From assembly GCA_964535105.1 (NCBI GenBank), contig CAZHSO010000007.1, positions 1 to 62,805 of the forward strand: a stretch of 62,805 nt of DNA, written 5' to 3'. Positions 55,182-62,805 of the stretch are shown here, piece by piece. Origin of the DNA: an uncultured Gemmatimonas sp. Lineage in GTDB: Bacteria; Gemmatimonadota; Gemmatimonadetes; Gemmatimonadales; GWC2-71-9. A model generated the notes under the pieces. That model was not told the DNA's origin, ran no database searches, and saw nothing but the letters and a program-made list of their open reading frames with translations. The position numbers and the translations under genes are program-made. Position 1 is the stretch's first letter. Each line of letters begins with the position of its first letter.

Positions 55182-57599
55182 CTACTCGGACCTCAACGCA
55201 ACCATTGGATCCACCCGTGTCGCCCGGCGCGCCGGGATCAGCGTGGCGAACAGCGCCACCACGACGAGCCCGGCCGACACACCGAGGAAGACCGTCGGAT
55301 CGGCGGCCTTGGTCTGGAAGAGCTGGGTGGCGAGAACCTTTCCGAGCGCCAGGGCGCCCCCCACGCCGAGGGCGATGCCGATCCCCGCGAGGACGAGCCC
55401 CTTGTTGAGCACGAGGCGGAGCACACTCGACGACTCTGCGCCGAGCGCCATCCGAATGCCGAGCTCGCGGGTCTGCTGGGCCACGGTGTAGGACATCACT
55501 CCGTAGATCCCCACCGCGGCAAGTGTGGCCGCCACCGCTGCGAAGAGCCCGAGCAGAAGCGAGAGGAAGCGCGGCTGCGACGATGAGCCGGACACCCGCT
55601 CGTCCATCGCGCGGACATCGTAGATCGGCTGCTGGGGATCGATGGCCAGCACCAGCTTGCGCACCGCGGGCTCGATGGCGCGCGGGTCGCCCCGGGTCCG
55701 GATGGCAAAGCCGAGCTGGGTCTGCGCCTGCTGAGAGAATGGCCGGTAGAGCTGGGTGTGCTCGTCGTCCTTCGGGCTGTTCTGCATCACATGGCCGACG
55801 ACGCCGATCACATCCCACCACTCAGGGTTTTCCTGCGTCCCGCCGCGCCCGAGGTGCTTGCCAATCGGGTCCTGGCCCGGCCAGTACTTGGCCGCGAGCA
55901 CCTCATCGACGATCGCCACCTTCCGCCCCTGCGTCACGTCGGTCTCGTCGAACTCCCGTCCCTTCTTGACGGGGATACCCATCGTGGTGAAGTACCCCGG
56001 GGTCACGATGCGGAAATCCCCCCACGGACCGTTGGCGTTGGGCGCTGGCTGAAATCCCTCGACCCGGAAGCTGCCGGTCCAGTTGTTGTTGCTCATCGGG
56101 AGCGCCACGTTGCCGCCCACGGTCTCGACACCGGGCAGCCCCGCGATGCCGTGGCGGAGCTGATCGAAGAAGGCCACCCGCTGCTCCGGGCTCGGATACT
56201 TGACCCCCGGAAGCGAGACACTCAGCGTGAGCACCCGCGCCGGATTGAACCCCGGGTCCACCGCCACCCAGCGACGGAAGCTCTTGAGCATGAGCCCGGC
56301 GCCGATCAGGAGCACGATTGCCAGCGCGACTTCGGAAACCACCAGCGTGGCGCGCAATCCGGAGCCGCGATGCGAGCTGCGCACCCCGTCCTTGAGCATG
56401 CCGTGCAGCGCGGGCCGCGCAGCCTGGATGGCCGGCGCCAGCCCGAAGAGGAGACCGAGCACGACGGTGATCCCGCCGGTAAAGAGGAGCACCGATCCGT
56501 CGAGAGCCACCGCGTCCATGCGGGGAAGGTTGACGGGATTACTCGCGACGAGTCCCCGCACCGCGCCGTACGCCAGCACCAGTCCGGCGCTGCCGCCGAG
56601 TACGGAGAGCAGCACGCTCTCGGTCAGCAGCTGGCGGGCCAGCCTGCCCCGGCCGGCGCCCATCGCCGTCCGAATCGCGATCTCCCGCTGCCGGCCGGCG
56701 GCGCGCGCCAGGAGGAGATTGGCGAGGTTGGCGCAGGCGATCAGCAGCACGAATCCCACCGCACCCATGAGAACGTAAAGCGCCCCTTTGACGTTCCCGA
56801 CCACCGCCTCGGTGATGGGACGCGAATACAGTCCCCAGTCGGCGTCCCTGTTGGAGGCCTGGTTTTCCCGCACCACCTTGGCCATCCGCTCGAGATCCGT
56901 CGTGGCCGCTTCCCGGGTGACTCCCGGCTTGAGGCGGGCGACCATGCCCATCCATTCGCAGCCCCAGCAATTGGGATCGACGTCCTGCGGCGTGAAGGCG
57001 AGGGGCTTCCAGATGGCGATGGGGTCGGTGCCAAACTGAAATCCGTTCGACACCACGCCCACGACGACATGGTTTTCGCCGTTGACGACGAGCGATTTGC
57101 CGATGATGCCGCGGTCCCGGGCAAAATCGCGGGTCCAGAGCCCTTCACTCAGCACGACGACCTTGTCCGCCCCGGGGACTTCCTCGTCGGCGCTAAATCC
57201 CCGGCCCAGGAGCGGGGTCACCCCGAGGGCCGCGAAGTATTCCGCCGTGGCGCGCTGGCCCACCAGACGGACCGGCTCGCCGTTGTTGGCGAGGTTCGCT
57301 TCCCAGCCGGTGAACGCCGCGCTTCGCTCGAACACGCGATTCTGCTGCTGGTAGAAGCGGAAACCGGCCCCGGAGACACCGGCGTCGAGATTGAGCTGCT
57401 TGTAGCGGTGCCCGACGAGCTCGATCCGCTCCGGCTCGCCCAGCGGCAGGGGCCGGAGCAGCACGCCATTGACCACGCTGAAGATGGCGGTGTTGGCGCC
57501 GATGCCGAGCGCAATGGTGACGAGAGCGGTCAGCGTGAACCCGGGAGACTTGCGGAAGCTGCGGAGCGCGAAACGAATGTCCTGCCAGAGCGTCGTCAT
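55182..57599 (-). CDS. ADOP-family duplicated permease (no prefix domain)
   Basis: QDIRFALRS.RK.PGF, ALGIGANTAIFSVV, LLIACANLANLLLAR and TRELGIRMALGA. Confidence 0.93.
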   Translation of the reverse strand: MTTLWQDIRFALRSFRKSPGFTLTALVTIALGIGANTAIFSVVNGVLLRPLPLGEPERIELVGHRYKQLNLDAGVSGAGFRFYQQQNRVFERSAAFTGWEANLANNGEPVRLVGQRATAEYFAALGVTPLLGRGFSADEEVPGADKVVVLSEGLWTRDFARDRGIIGKSLVVNGENHVVVGVVSNGFQFGTDPIAIWKPLAFTPQDVDPNCWGCEWMGMVARLKPGVTREAATTDLERMAKVVRENQASNRDADWGLYSRPITEAVVGNVKGALYVLMGAVGFVLLIACANLANLLLARAAGRQREIAIRTAMGAGRGRLARQLLTESVLLSVLGGSAGLVLAYGAVRGLVASNPVNLPRMDAVALDGSVLLFTGGITVVLGLLFGLAPAIQAARPALHGMLKDGVRSSHRGSGLRATLVVSEVALAIVLLIGAGLMLKSFRRWVAVDPGFNPARVLTLSVSLPGVKYPSPEQRVAFFDQLRHGIAGLPGVETVGGNVALPMSNNNWTGSFRVEGFQPAPNANGPWGDFRIVTPGYFTTMGIPVKKGREFDETDVTQGRKVAIVDEVLAAKYWPGQDPIGKHLGRGGTQENPEWWDVIGVVGHVMQNSPKDDEHTQLYRPFSQQAQTQLGFAIRTRGDPRAIEPAVRKLVLAIDPQQPIYDVRAMDERVSGSSSQPRFLSLLLGLFAAVAATLAAVGIYGVMSYTVAQQTRELGIRMALGAESSSVLRLVLNKGLVLAGIGIALGVGGALALGKVLATQLFQTKAADPTVFLGVSAGLVVVALFATLIPARRATRVDPMVALRSE

Positions 57600-57606
57600 C
57601 GGGGCC

Positions 57607-58473
57607 TCAGCGGGGGCCGGTCGTGATCCTGATGTCGCCGGAAAGTGATTCCACGTCGAGCTTGGCGGAGCCGGATCCCCAGGTGGCGCTGTGGCGCCTC
57701 CGGTGGCGTCCGGATTGCTGCGTAGTTTGAAGGTCAGACGAGAAACGCCCCGAAAAGGTTGCCGCCGAGAGTGTCGCGTTCGGCCGGTCGCGGAGCCCGA
57801 GGGTGATGTCGCCGCTGGTGGTGGTGAACTCGTAGGACCCGTCGTCCAGGATGGGGCCCCGGAACGTCACCTCGCCGCTCACCGTGTTGCCCGTGACGTC
57901 GCGCGCCCGCACGTCGAGCAGGTCGACGTCGCCGCTCACCGTTTCGAGTTCGATCCGCTGGCCCCGGCCGCCGTCGAGGCGCACGTCGCCCGAGACGCTG
58001 CTGAGCTCGAGCTCGCCCTCGAGATTGCTGGCCGCGAGGTCGCCGCTCACGGTCCCGATCTTGAGGATCAACCCGGCGGGAACCCGGATTGTGAAGTTGA
58101 GCTCGGTGTCGTTGCGATCGTGGCTGCCGTTCCAGCTGTTCCAGCTGCAGGGGCTCTTTTCCCCATCCTCGCTTCCCCCGTCCCGGCGTCTTCCCTGTCC
58201 CGGGTAGCGCACGCAAAGCGCGACTCCGTTGTCGAGCTCAATTGTCTCTACCGTCACATCCTCGATCTCACCGTATCGGCCGGCCTTTTTGACCGCCGTA
58301 ACCTCGACCGTGCGCCCGCTGCCGCCGGTCACCTGGATGTTACCCATGATGTTCTGCACGACCAGCCGCTTGCCGGAGGCGAGCTCCCGGCGGAATTCGA
58401 AGTCGGGCCGCCCCTGCGCGGCGAGGGTTGTGGCCGCGCCCAGTGCCGCGACGGCGAGGATCGAAGTGCGCAT
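57607..58473 (-). CDS. Exported DUF4097 beta-strand-repeat protein
   Basis: Signal peptide and repeated (T/S)VSGD motifs. Confidence 0.88.
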   Translation of the reverse strand: MRTSILAVAALGAATTLAAQGRPDFEFRRELASGKRLVVQNIMGNIQVTGGSGRTVEVTAVKKAGRYGEIEDVTVETIELDNGVALCVRYPGQGRRRDGGSEDGEKSPCSWNSWNGSHDRNDTELNFTIRVPAGLILKIGTVSGDLAASNLEGELELSSVSGDVRLDGGRGQRIELETVSGDVDLLDVRARDVTGNTVSGEVTFRGPILDDGSYEFTTTSGDITLGLRDRPNATLSAATFSGRFSSDLQTTQQSGRHRRRHSATWGSGSAKLDVESLSGDIRITTGPR

Positions 58474-58476
58474 GGC

Positions 58477-59436
58477 TCAGCTCCTGTCCTGGTCGATAGA
58501 GTCGCGATCGTGCTCCGGCTTCTGCTTCTGCTTTTGCTTTACGCGTTCCTCGCGCGACTGAATCATCCGCTCGAGACGCGACTCCATTTCGGCAGGCCGA
58601 AAGAGGCGGATGCTCCCACTGAAGGATTCGAGCTCCACGGTGGCGCTGCCGTTGCCCAGCCGAAAGGTCTGCCGGCGGCGGCTGGGGCGCTCGGACGCGG
58701 GGAGCGGGAAGGTCGCCCGCACGTCACCCGATCCGGTGGCGGTGGCGATCGTCGCGTTGGCCCCTTCCGGGACGGTGACCATCAGCTCCCCGCTATGGGT
58801 CAGGAGGGCATACCGCCCGCCATCCAGGATGCGGCCGTCGAGGATGATCTCACCGCTCACCGTCTCGGCCTCGACGACTTTGGAGTCGATCCGGCGGAGC
58901 ACGATGTTCCCGCTCACCGATTCGGCGAGGAGGTCTCCCTGGATGTCGAACGCCTCGATCGATTCGGAGACCGTATTGAGGGTCGTGGAGCCGCGAATGC
59001 CCTGCACGACGATCCGGCCCTGGACCGATTCCAGCTTCACGCTCTCGGCCGGTCCCTTGATGGTGATGTCACCTTCGAGCGTCTCGGCGGTGATCGCGCC
59101 ACGCACGCCGGTCACCTCGATCACGCTGTACATCCCCTCGAGGCCGAGCGACATCCAGGCCGGGACGGTGATCGTGTAGTCCACCATATTGGCGGGACCC
59201 CGGTCGGCTTCAGCCTCCAGCTGCACGACCGCGCCGGTGATCTGGATGTCGATGTGGGTGCGGCGCGAGTGGGTGGCTTGCACCCGCACCTGATTTCTGT
59301 CCCAGGCGCGGATTATGATGTCACCACCCTGCGTCTCCACGTGGAGGCGGGTACCCTGCGGCACGGTGAAGGTGGTGTCGGTCTGGAAGCCCTGGGCCTG
59401 CGTCGCGGCCAGCAGCGCCATCATCGAAAGCAACAT
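58477..59436 (-). CDS. Exported DUF4097 beta-strand-repeat protein
   Basis: Signal peptide, GAGGAG RBS and repeated E(S/T)VSG-type motifs. Confidence 0.88.
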   Translation of the reverse strand: MLLSMMALLAATQAQGFQTDTTFTVPQGTRLHVETQGGDIIIRAWDRNQVRVQATHSRRTHIDIQITGAVVQLEAEADRGPANMVDYTITVPAWMSLGLEGMYSVIEVTGVRGAITAETLEGDITIKGPAESVKLESVQGRIVVQGIRGSTTLNTVSESIEAFDIQGDLLAESVSGNIVLRRIDSKVVEAETVSGEIILDGRILDGGRYALLTHSGELMVTVPEGANATIATATGSGDVRATFPLPASERPSRRRQTFRLGNGSATVELESFSGSIRLFRPAEMESRLERMIQSREERVKQKQKQKPEHDRDSIDQDRS

Positions 59437-59449
59437 GCGGAACTCCTCG

Positions 59450-60133
59450 TCAGGTTCGCGCGGCGATCGCCTGAGTAGCGACGCGCAGCAGGTTGAGCTT
59501 GCGCCGCATGTTCGCGGCGATCTGACGGCTTAGATACGAGCTGGACGGATCCCGTTGGATCGCGGCGCGCGCTTCCGCGATCGCCGCGTCGATGCGAACG
59601 ATACTCTGCTCGATGGTGCGCACCGTGGCGGAGTCGAGCCGGTCTCGACCCGCCGCGAGCAGCTGCTCGAGATCGCGCACCGCCGAGTCGTACTGCTGCT
59701 CGGCGAATCCGACGGCGCTCCCCGCGGCATTGGAGTCCGGCGCCGGCGACGGCGCGATCGCAATTTCCTCCTCGGTCCCGCCGCGGGAGACGGCGAACCA
59801 GACCGATCCTCCTCCGACCGCCGCCATCACGATGGAGGCGGCGATGAGCTCGCGCCAGCTAAAACGGCGGCGGGAGGGCGGGAAGGCGGGACGGCTGGCG
59901 TCGATCGGAACGACTTCCGCTTCCTCCAGCCGCTGCTCGATGTCCTTCCAGAGATCGCGCGCGGGCTCGCGGCCCACGTACCCCGGAGCCGCGGCGACGA
60001 TCGCGCGCAGCTCGGCCAGCGTCCGGGTGCAGTCGAGGCACTCCGCCAGATGGCTCTCCAGGCGGACGCGCGACAGGTCGTCGAGCTCGCCATCGAGATA
60101 GGGCGAGAGCTGCTCGGTAAAATGATCGGACAT
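59450..60133 (-). CDS. Zinc-finger (zf-HC2) membrane anti-sigma factor
   Basis: LS.YLDGEL.......ESHL.EC.DC, one transmembrane segment and a helical C-terminus. Confidence 0.92.
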   Translation of the reverse strand: MSDHFTEQLSPYLDGELDDLSRVRLESHLAECLDCTRTLAELRAIVAAAPGYVGREPARDLWKDIEQRLEEAEVVPIDASRPAFPPSRRRFSWRELIAASIVMAAVGGGSVWFAVSRGGTEEEIAIAPSPAPDSNAAGSAVGFAEQQYDSAVRDLEQLLAAGRDRLDSATVRTIEQSIVRIDAAIAEARAAIQRDPSSSYLSRQIAANMRRKLNLLRVATQAIAART

Positions 60134-60147
60134 ATTCCAACTCCTGC

Positions 60148-60675
60148 TCAGGTGGCGAGCTGCTGCCGGAGCAGCAGCCTCGCCCGGTGAAGCTGCGATC
60201 GCGAGGTGCCGGGATCCACTTCCAGCATCTCCGCGATCTCGTCGTGCTTGTACCCCTCCATATCGTGGAGGACGAACACTTCTCTCGCGCCGGCCGGCAA
60301 CCGGTCAACCGCGCGCTCGATCGCGACGCGGAGGTCGGGGCGCTCCGTTGTGGCCGGAGCGGCCAGCACCAGGATCTCGTCATTCACCTGCCGGCGCCGG
60401 CTGATCCCCAGCGACTGCCGGCGGCGAAGGAGGAGGTTGACCGCCACGCGGTGCAGCCAGGTCCCGAACGCCGACTGGCCGGCGAAGGTATGGAGCTTCT
60501 GCCAGACCCGGATGAAGACCTCCTGCACCGCGTCGTCCGCTTCGCCGGCGTCGAGGAGCCATCGGGCCAGACTGGTCACCCGCGCGACATGGCGCCGGTA
60601 GAGGCGCTCGAACGCGTCGTGATCGCCCGCGGCGGCGAGCTGCACATCATCCCGGTCGAGGTCGGCCGGTGTCAC
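60148..60675 (-). CDS. ECF sigma factor
   Basis: AFERLYRRH, D.VQEVF..VW, F.TWL.R.AVN, LP...R.VFVL and S.SQLHRAR. Confidence 0.94.
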   Translation of the reverse strand: MTPADLDRDDVQLAAAGDHDAFERLYRRHVARVTSLARWLLDAGEADDAVQEVFIRVWQKLHTFAGQSAFGTWLHRVAVNLLLRRRQSLGISRRRQVNDEILVLAAPATTERPDLRVAIERAVDRLPAGAREVFVLHDMEGYKHDEIAEMLEVDPGTSRSQLHRARLLLRQQLAT

Positions 60676-60741
60676 GGCGCGTTGAGCCTGCAGTGGAAGA
60701 CCCCCGGTGGCGATGCGCGCATTCCTTCTCCCGCGACATTG

Positions 60742-60768
60742 GATACGGGTCCACCTGCCGGCGTTGGA
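60742..60768 (-). promoter_or_regulatory. Putative ECF autoregulatory promoter
   Basis: Minus strand TCCAAC-N15-CGTATC (AAC/CGT-type ECF motif) upstream of the sigma gene. Confidence 0.4.
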
Positions 60769-60794
60769 AGCTGAAGATCCAGAAAATGAGGCAC

Positions 60795-60833
60795 TTGACG
60801 AATTTCTATCACAATGATATCATATCAATATCA
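60795..60833 (+). promoter_or_regulatory. Sigma70 promoter with overlapping palindromic operator
   Basis: TTGACG-N17-TATCAT with extended TG; TGATAT-N7-ATATCA palindrome at 60815-60833. Confidence 0.65.
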
Positions 60834-60852
60834 CACCAGCGGAGCGAAGAAA

Positions 60853-61722
60853 ATGATCAGCGAGAAGGTGATTCGACCGGTCCCCGGCCTGCCCATGGCT
60901 CTGTTCCTCGTCGCGGCGACGGGGTTCGCGGGCTGGCTGGTCTACCAGGCAGCGCAGACGGAATCGGGACGAGCCGCCGTCATCGCGATCGGTTTGTTCG
61001 TCCTGATCGTGATGGCCCTCCCCGGCTTGCTGATGAATCAGCCCAATGAGGCCAAGGTGCTGACCCTCTTCGGCCGGTACGCCGGCACGGTCAAGGAGGC
61101 GGGCTTCTGGTGGGTGAACCCGTTCACCGCGAAGAAGCGCATCTCGCTTCGCACCCGGAACTTCGAGACCGCCAAGCTCAAGGTGAACGACGCCAACGGC
61201 AACCCCATCGAGATCGGGGCCATCGTCGTCTGGCGGGTGATGGATACCGCCGAGGCGATGTTCGAGGTGGACGATTACGAGAACTACACCCGGGTGCAGA
61301 GCGAGTCGGCGGTGCGGACCCTCGCGTCGAGTTATCCCTACGATTCGCACGCGGACGGCACCATCGCGCTCGCCAGCCACACCACCGAGGTCGCCGCCAA
61401 TCTGATGGAGCAGCTGCTCCAGCGGCTCGCCAAGGCGGGAGTGGAGGTCAAGGAAGCCCGGATCTCCCACCTGGCCTATTCGCCGGAGATCGCACAGGCG
61501 ATGCTGCAGCGGCAGCAGGCGAGCGCGATCATCGCCGCGCGGTACAAGATTGTCGAAGGCGCGGTCGGGATGGTGGAAAACGCTCTCGAGCTTCTGGCTC
61601 AGAAGAACATCCTCCATCTGGATGACGAGCGGAAGGCCGCGATGGTGTCGAATCTGCTGGTGGTGCTCTGCGGCGAGCGCGGCACCCAGCCGATCGTGAA
61701 TGCCGGGACTCTTTACACCTGA
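60853..61722 (+). CDS. SPFH/Band 7 domain membrane protein
   Basis: Two transmembrane segments; LFG.Y.GT, KVND..GNPIEI, HLAY.PEIA.AML.RQQA and [10 protein letters not shown]. Confidence 0.92.
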   Translation: MISEKVIRPVPGLPMALFLVAATGFAGWLVYQAAQTESGRAAVIAIGLFVLIVMALPGLLMNQPNEAKVLTLFGRYAGTVKEAGFWWVNPFTAKKRISLRTRNFETAKLKVNDANGNPIEIGAIVVWRVMDTAEAMFEVDDYENYTRVQSESAVRTLASSYPYDSHADGTIALASHTTEVAANLMEQLLQRLAKAGVEVKEARISHLAYSPEIAQAMLQRQQASAIIAARYKIVEGAVGMVENALELLAQKNILHLDDERKAAMVSNLLVVLCGERGTQPIVNAGTLYT

Positions 61723-61740
61723 CCGGCCGATTCGCCACAG

Positions 61741-61923
61741 ATGACCGAGCGCAAGGCGTTTCTCCTCCGCCTCGACCCGGCGCTGCACGATGCCCTGCAG
61801 CGGTGGGCCGGGGCGGAGCTGCGCTCGCTCAATTCCCAGATCGAGTTTTTGTTGAGGCGGTCGTTGCGGGAGGCGGGGCGGCTGGATGACGGGGAAGAGG
61901 GAAAGGGGAAGGGGGAAGGGTAG
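61741..61923 (+). CDS. Arc/ribbon-helix-helix DNA-binding protein
   Basis: RKAFLLRLDP....AL..WA..ELRSLN.QIEFLL. Confidence 0.85.
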   Translation: MTERKAFLLRLDPALHDALQRWAGAELRSLNSQIEFLLRRSLREAGRLDDGEEGKGKGEG

Positions 61924-61958
61924 AGCACGCTTCCCCCTTCCCCTTTCCCCCTTCCCCG
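61891..61958. repeat. Inverted heptamer array (GGGGAAG / CTTCCCC) between convergent genes
   Basis: GGGGAAG AGGGAAA GGGGAAG GGGGAAG, loop, CTTCCCC CTTCCCC TTTCCCC CTTCCCC. Confidence 0.88.
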
Positions 61959-61963
61959 CTGCC

Positions 61964-62805
61964 TCATCTCTTCTTCATCGAATCGTAGACAATTCCCAGG
62001 AACACGTCCGGCTTCATGAAACCGGTGCCCCAGGTCGCATCCCACTCCGCGGTGGGCTTGGCGGCGATCACCTGCTCCTTGGTTTTCCCCGCCTTGATGA
62101 GCGCCGCGACCCGGTCGCGGATCTTGGTCAGCACGTCCCGGTAGGCGATCAGCTCGACCTTCCCGCCGAGCGCACCGTGCCCGGGAATGATCTTCGTGCT
62201 GTCGTTGGCGTACTGCAGACCGGCGTCCACCGCCCGAATGACGCCCTCGAACGAGCCCCCGCTCGAAAGGTCGACAAACGGATACCGCCCGTTGAAAAAG
62301 ATATCGCCCATGTGAAGCGTATTGGCGCGGGTAAAGTGGACGATCGCATCGCCATCGGTGTGCGCAGGGGGGACGTGCACCACGTGAATGGTTTCGTTGC
62401 CCAGATGGAACGCCACGCCCTCGGCGAAGGTCACGACGGGGAGTGCACCCCGGGGAGCAGCCGGCACCTGCGACTTGAGCGCCTCGATGAACTGGTCGGT
62501 GCTCATCCGGGTCCGCACGTTGTCATGCGCCACGATGATGACACCCGCCTTCGCCATGTTCTCGTTGCCGCCGGCGTGATCCCCGTGCCAGTGGGTGTTC
62601 ACCAGAAATCGGACCGGCTTGTCGGTCGTGACCCGGATGGCGGCGAGGATTTTCGCGCTGAGCGGCGCAAACTGGTCATCGACGAGGAAGGCAAAATCCT
62701 CACCCACGGCCAGCGCGATGTTTCCGCCCGAGCCGACCAGCATGTGGACCCCCTGCCCCGCCGGGATCGTCCGAATGCTGACCGAATCGAAGTTGGCCTG
62801 CGCTG
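61964..62805 (-). CDS. MBL-fold metallohydrolase (cyclase-like), 5' end outside the window
   Basis: G.GGNI, VDDQFAPL, NTHWHGDH.GGN, AHTDGD, HMGD and IPGHG; the frame is open to the window edge. Confidence 0.9.
   Translation of the reverse strand, partial: AQANFDSVSIRTIPAGQGVHMLVGSGGNIALAVGEDFAFLVDDQFAPLSAKILAAIRVTTDKPVRFLVNTHWHGDHAGGNENMAKAGVIIVAHDNVRTRMSTDQFIEALKSQVPAAPRGALPVVTFAEGVAFHLGNETIHVVHVPPAHTDGDAIVHFTRANTLHMGDIFFNGRYPFVDLSSGGSFEGVIRAVDAGLQYANDSTKIIPGHGALGGKVELIAYRDVLTKIRDRVAALIKAGKTKEQVIAAKPTAEWDATWGTGFMKPDVFLGIVYDSMKKR

Noticed and set aside
427-61958. Repeat arrays as CRISPR
   Set aside because: Units are 7-8 nt in tandem without unique spacers, and there are no cas genes.

Overview
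A GC-rich chromosomal window, probably Gemmatimonadota (inferred from the ADOP/PadR pairs, DUF4097/ECF cluster, peptidase-PD40-Omp85 fusion and gene order; not verified). It is mostly housekeeping and envelope genes: an rpsF-rpsR-DUF2232-rplI-DAK2/DegV-rsfS-Omp85-SPOR-smc-aroF-lolA run; an rpmE-prfA-prmC-ylbF-tmk-S41 operon; a CRP/MBL-hydrolase/CsgG-TPR trio; a short RpoD-like sigma factor with yajQ and spoIID; thpR-larE and arfB; pxpABC; comM; a decayed serine-hydrolase locus; and a 13-kb block with an ECF sigma factor, anti-sigma, 2 DUF4097 genes, 3 ADOP permeases and 2 PadR regulators. An IS91-like transposase scar sits at the left edge. I found no rRNA, tRNA, CRISPR array or prophage. The most striking unexplained structure is about a dozen dispersed arrays of 7-nt tandem repeats, in several unrelated sequence families, mostly arranged as inverted pairs (hairpins). 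One such pair brackets a four-helix-bundle (23S-IVP/Avd-like) gene at 51398-51947, and an empty copy of the same family lies at 27683-27795, which suggests an unnamed gene-in-a-hairpin mobile element with non-autonomous derivatives. Other points of note are repeat-derived peptides inside genes (pxpB, lolA), a catalytically dead S41 protease, a probable CTG start codon and a single-chain FakA-FakB fusion. All product calls come from motif recognition by eye; no database searches were run.
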